DNA of 64,000 nt, taken from positions 18,212 through 82,211 of the forward strand of contig CAIUCZ010000030.1 in the NCBI GenBank assembly GCA_903897785.1, in the 5' to 3' direction. Made by a program: the position numbers and the translations under genes. This document shows positions 62,337 to 64,000 of the stretch, in pieces; the stretch's first letter is position 1, and each line of letters starts with the position of its first letter. This stretch comes from Candidatus Falkowbacteria bacterium (GTDB taxonomy: Bacteria; Patescibacteriota; Patescibacteriia; Patescibacteriales; Patescibacteriaceae). A model generated the notes under the pieces. That model saw only the letters and a list, made by a program, of their open reading frames with translations, was not told where the DNA came from and searched no databases.

Positions 62337-63431
62337 TTAACTAATCTTACTTTTTTTGTCAAGCTTGGCCAAAATAATCAGACCAACCATGGTTAAAATT
62401 GCCAAACAGACTAAAATCAAAATCTTGCCGCTGCTTTGCAAGAACAAAGCGGTCAGACCGAACAAAGCGGCCAAAATATAAAAAATCAAAGCCACTTGCG
62501 GCATAGACAAACCAAAATCCAGCAAGCGATGATGCAAATGCCGGCGATCCGAGGTTTTGAACGGGTTAACACCGGCCAAAATGCGGCGGATAATTGTCCA
62601 AAAAGCATCCAAAATAGGAATACCCATGATTAACAAGGCGATGGCGATTTTACCGCCGGAAATAATCGACAGAACCCCCAAAATAAAGCCCAAAAAGAGT
62701 GAACCGCCCTCGCCTAAGAAAATTTTGGCCGGATGCCAGTTGAACACCAAAAAACCAAGACAGGCCGCGGCCAAAATCAAGGCCGCCAAGCCAATGTCCG
62801 GCTGATAATAACGAGTTGTCATGGTAAACAAAAAGACAACCAAGCTGGCGATAGCCGACAGACCGCTGACCAGCCCGTCCAAGCCGTCCAGGAGCTTGGT
62901 GGTGTACATCATGCCCAGGAGCCATAAAATCGTAAAACTATCGGTCAAAACCACAAAATGACGCCAATAACCATGCCAATAAAACAAAGGAATCTGCCAG
63001 CTATTCAGATAAACAAAATCCCCTCCCGTGCCGGTAATTTTGTCGATGCCAATCCCGCCGGCCACCACGCAGCCGGCAGCCAAAAGCGGCCAGATAATCT
63101 GCCATTTGGGCTTGAGATTGTATTTATCGTCCAAAAATCCGCCAACCATTAGCAAAACCGCGCCCAAAAAGACACCCAGCCAACTGTAAGGATGCGGCGA
63201 GGCGGCTAAAATCGCGCCAATTTTGTCGTGCACTAAAAATAATACTGTAAAAAAGGCCAAAAAAATGCCTATTCCGCCCAACAACGGAACCGGCAACTGA
63301 TGCAATTTCCGGTCATTATCCGGATAATCCATAATTTTTAAAGCCTTGGCCAGCTTACTGACCAGCCAAGTCAAAACCATAGCCAAGCCAAAAGTCAAAA
63401 CAAAGACGCCGATAAGATAACTTGTTGACAT
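62337..63431 (-). CDS. WecA/TagO-type polyprenyl-phosphate GlcNAc-1-P transferase (MraY family)
   Basis: RKLH..PVPLLGG, LDGLDGL, PAKIFLGEGGS, DRRHLHHRL. Confidence 0.92.
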   Translation of the reverse strand: MSTSYLIGVFVLTFGLAMVLTWLVSKLAKALKIMDYPDNDRKLHQLPVPLLGGIGIFLAFFTVLFLVHDKIGAILAASPHPYSWLGVFLGAVLLMVGGFLDDKYNLKPKWQIIWPLLAAGCVVAGGIGIDKITGTGGDFVYLNSWQIPLFYWHGYWRHFVVLTDSFTILWLLGMMYTTKLLDGLDGLVSGLSAIASLVVFLFTMTTRYYQPDIGLAALILAAACLGFLVFNWHPAKIFLGEGGSLFLGFILGVLSIISGGKIAIALLIMGIPILDAFWTIIRRILAGVNPFKTSDRRHLHHRLLDFGLSMPQVALIFYILAALFGLTALFLQSSGKILILVCLAILTMVGLIILAKLDKKSKIS

Positions 63432-63501
63432 AATGTTTAAATTGTGATATTAATTAAGATTGTCATTTAGTTGTTCTTTTATTTACAAATATGAGGTTCG
63501 A

Positions 63502-63927
63502 ATGAACAGAAGAGATCTTACTGAATTACCGGCAAATCTTGTCCTACAAGCTAGCCCGGAGGTGGAAATTTCCTTAAAAGCGCAAATTCTCGCCAAAAAA
63601 CTAATAAAGCAAGCCGCGGACCATGTCAGACAAATCGACATCGTTCTTGTCCAAACAACGCCTTGCCAAGAAATACTGCACAGCCTGCAAAGCTATTTTC
63701 AAGAACACCCGGACAAAACAAGAGACTTTTTCTTCTTTGAAAATGTCGAAGCTTGGCAAAAAGACACCAGCCTAAAAAACTTATCGTCCGTCAAGCTGTC
63801 CAGCTTCTGCAAACTTGGCCGCATCTTGCCCATTAAGATCGAATCTGAATCAAGCATCTCTGTTTTTGACCATGAGGTTTTAAAAATCCTAATCAATGAC
63901 CCGGTCATAAAAAACAAAGCTGCTTAA
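63502..63927 (+). CDS. Orphan hypothetical protein
   Basis: GAGG SD, TTGACA promoter upstream, terminator downstream. Confidence 0.6.
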   Translation: MNRRDLTELPANLVLQASPEVEISLKAQILAKKLIKQAADHVRQIDIVLVQTTPCQEILHSLQSYFQEHPDKTRDFFFFENVEAWQKDTSLKNLSSVKLSSFCKLGRILPIKIESESSISVFDHEVLKILINDPVIKNKAA

Positions 63928-63942
63928 AAATAGTATGTACGT

Positions 63943-63970
63943 GGGGATTATTAACTAATCCCCTCTTTTT
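63943..63970 (+). terminator. Intrinsic terminator
   Basis: GGGGATTA-TTAAC-TAATCCCC-TCTTTTT. Confidence 0.7.
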
Positions 63971-64000
63971 ATTTTATTATACCTGGTCTTGCCAGACAGT

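Noticed and set aside
1..64000. Prophage, integrase, IS transposase, tRNA or rRNA genes; alternative genetic code 25
   Set aside because: No supporting motifs were seen. Conserved genes read through without in-frame TGA, and TGA serves as a stop.

Overview
Core-genome window of a small-genome bacterium using genetic code 11. It is most likely Patescibacteria/Parcubacteria (CPR), inferred from the shortened L13, short AlaRS, RpoA without alpha-CTD, DUF4012 gene and mostly SD-less core genes. It holds a split cell-wall/division cluster (mraY, ftsW, murG, murC, murB, ftsQ-like, mreB-like), a MacAB-type ABC exporter, surface-glycan genes, gltX/serS/lysS/alaS, greA, the infA-rpmJ-rpsM-rpsK-rpsD-rpoA-rplQ-rplM-rpsI operon, dnaB-ybaB-recR, rplU, two helicases, a hicBA module and several orphan genes. 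Coding strand switches from mostly + to mostly - at about 31.3 kb, where a 28-bp dif-like site and a 6S-like RNA candidate lie. The most unusual signal is a dense set of at least eight families of small palindromic elements. They fill many intergenic gaps, nest inside each other, supply gene termini, and sit in-frame inside murG, ftsQ-like, serS (twice), a GT4, alkD, rpoA and alaS. A second signal is a set of orphan genes with their own promoter, a boxA-like motif, an SD and usually a terminator; several of them look Bacteroidota-like. All calls are by eye, without database searches, and repeat boundaries are approximate.
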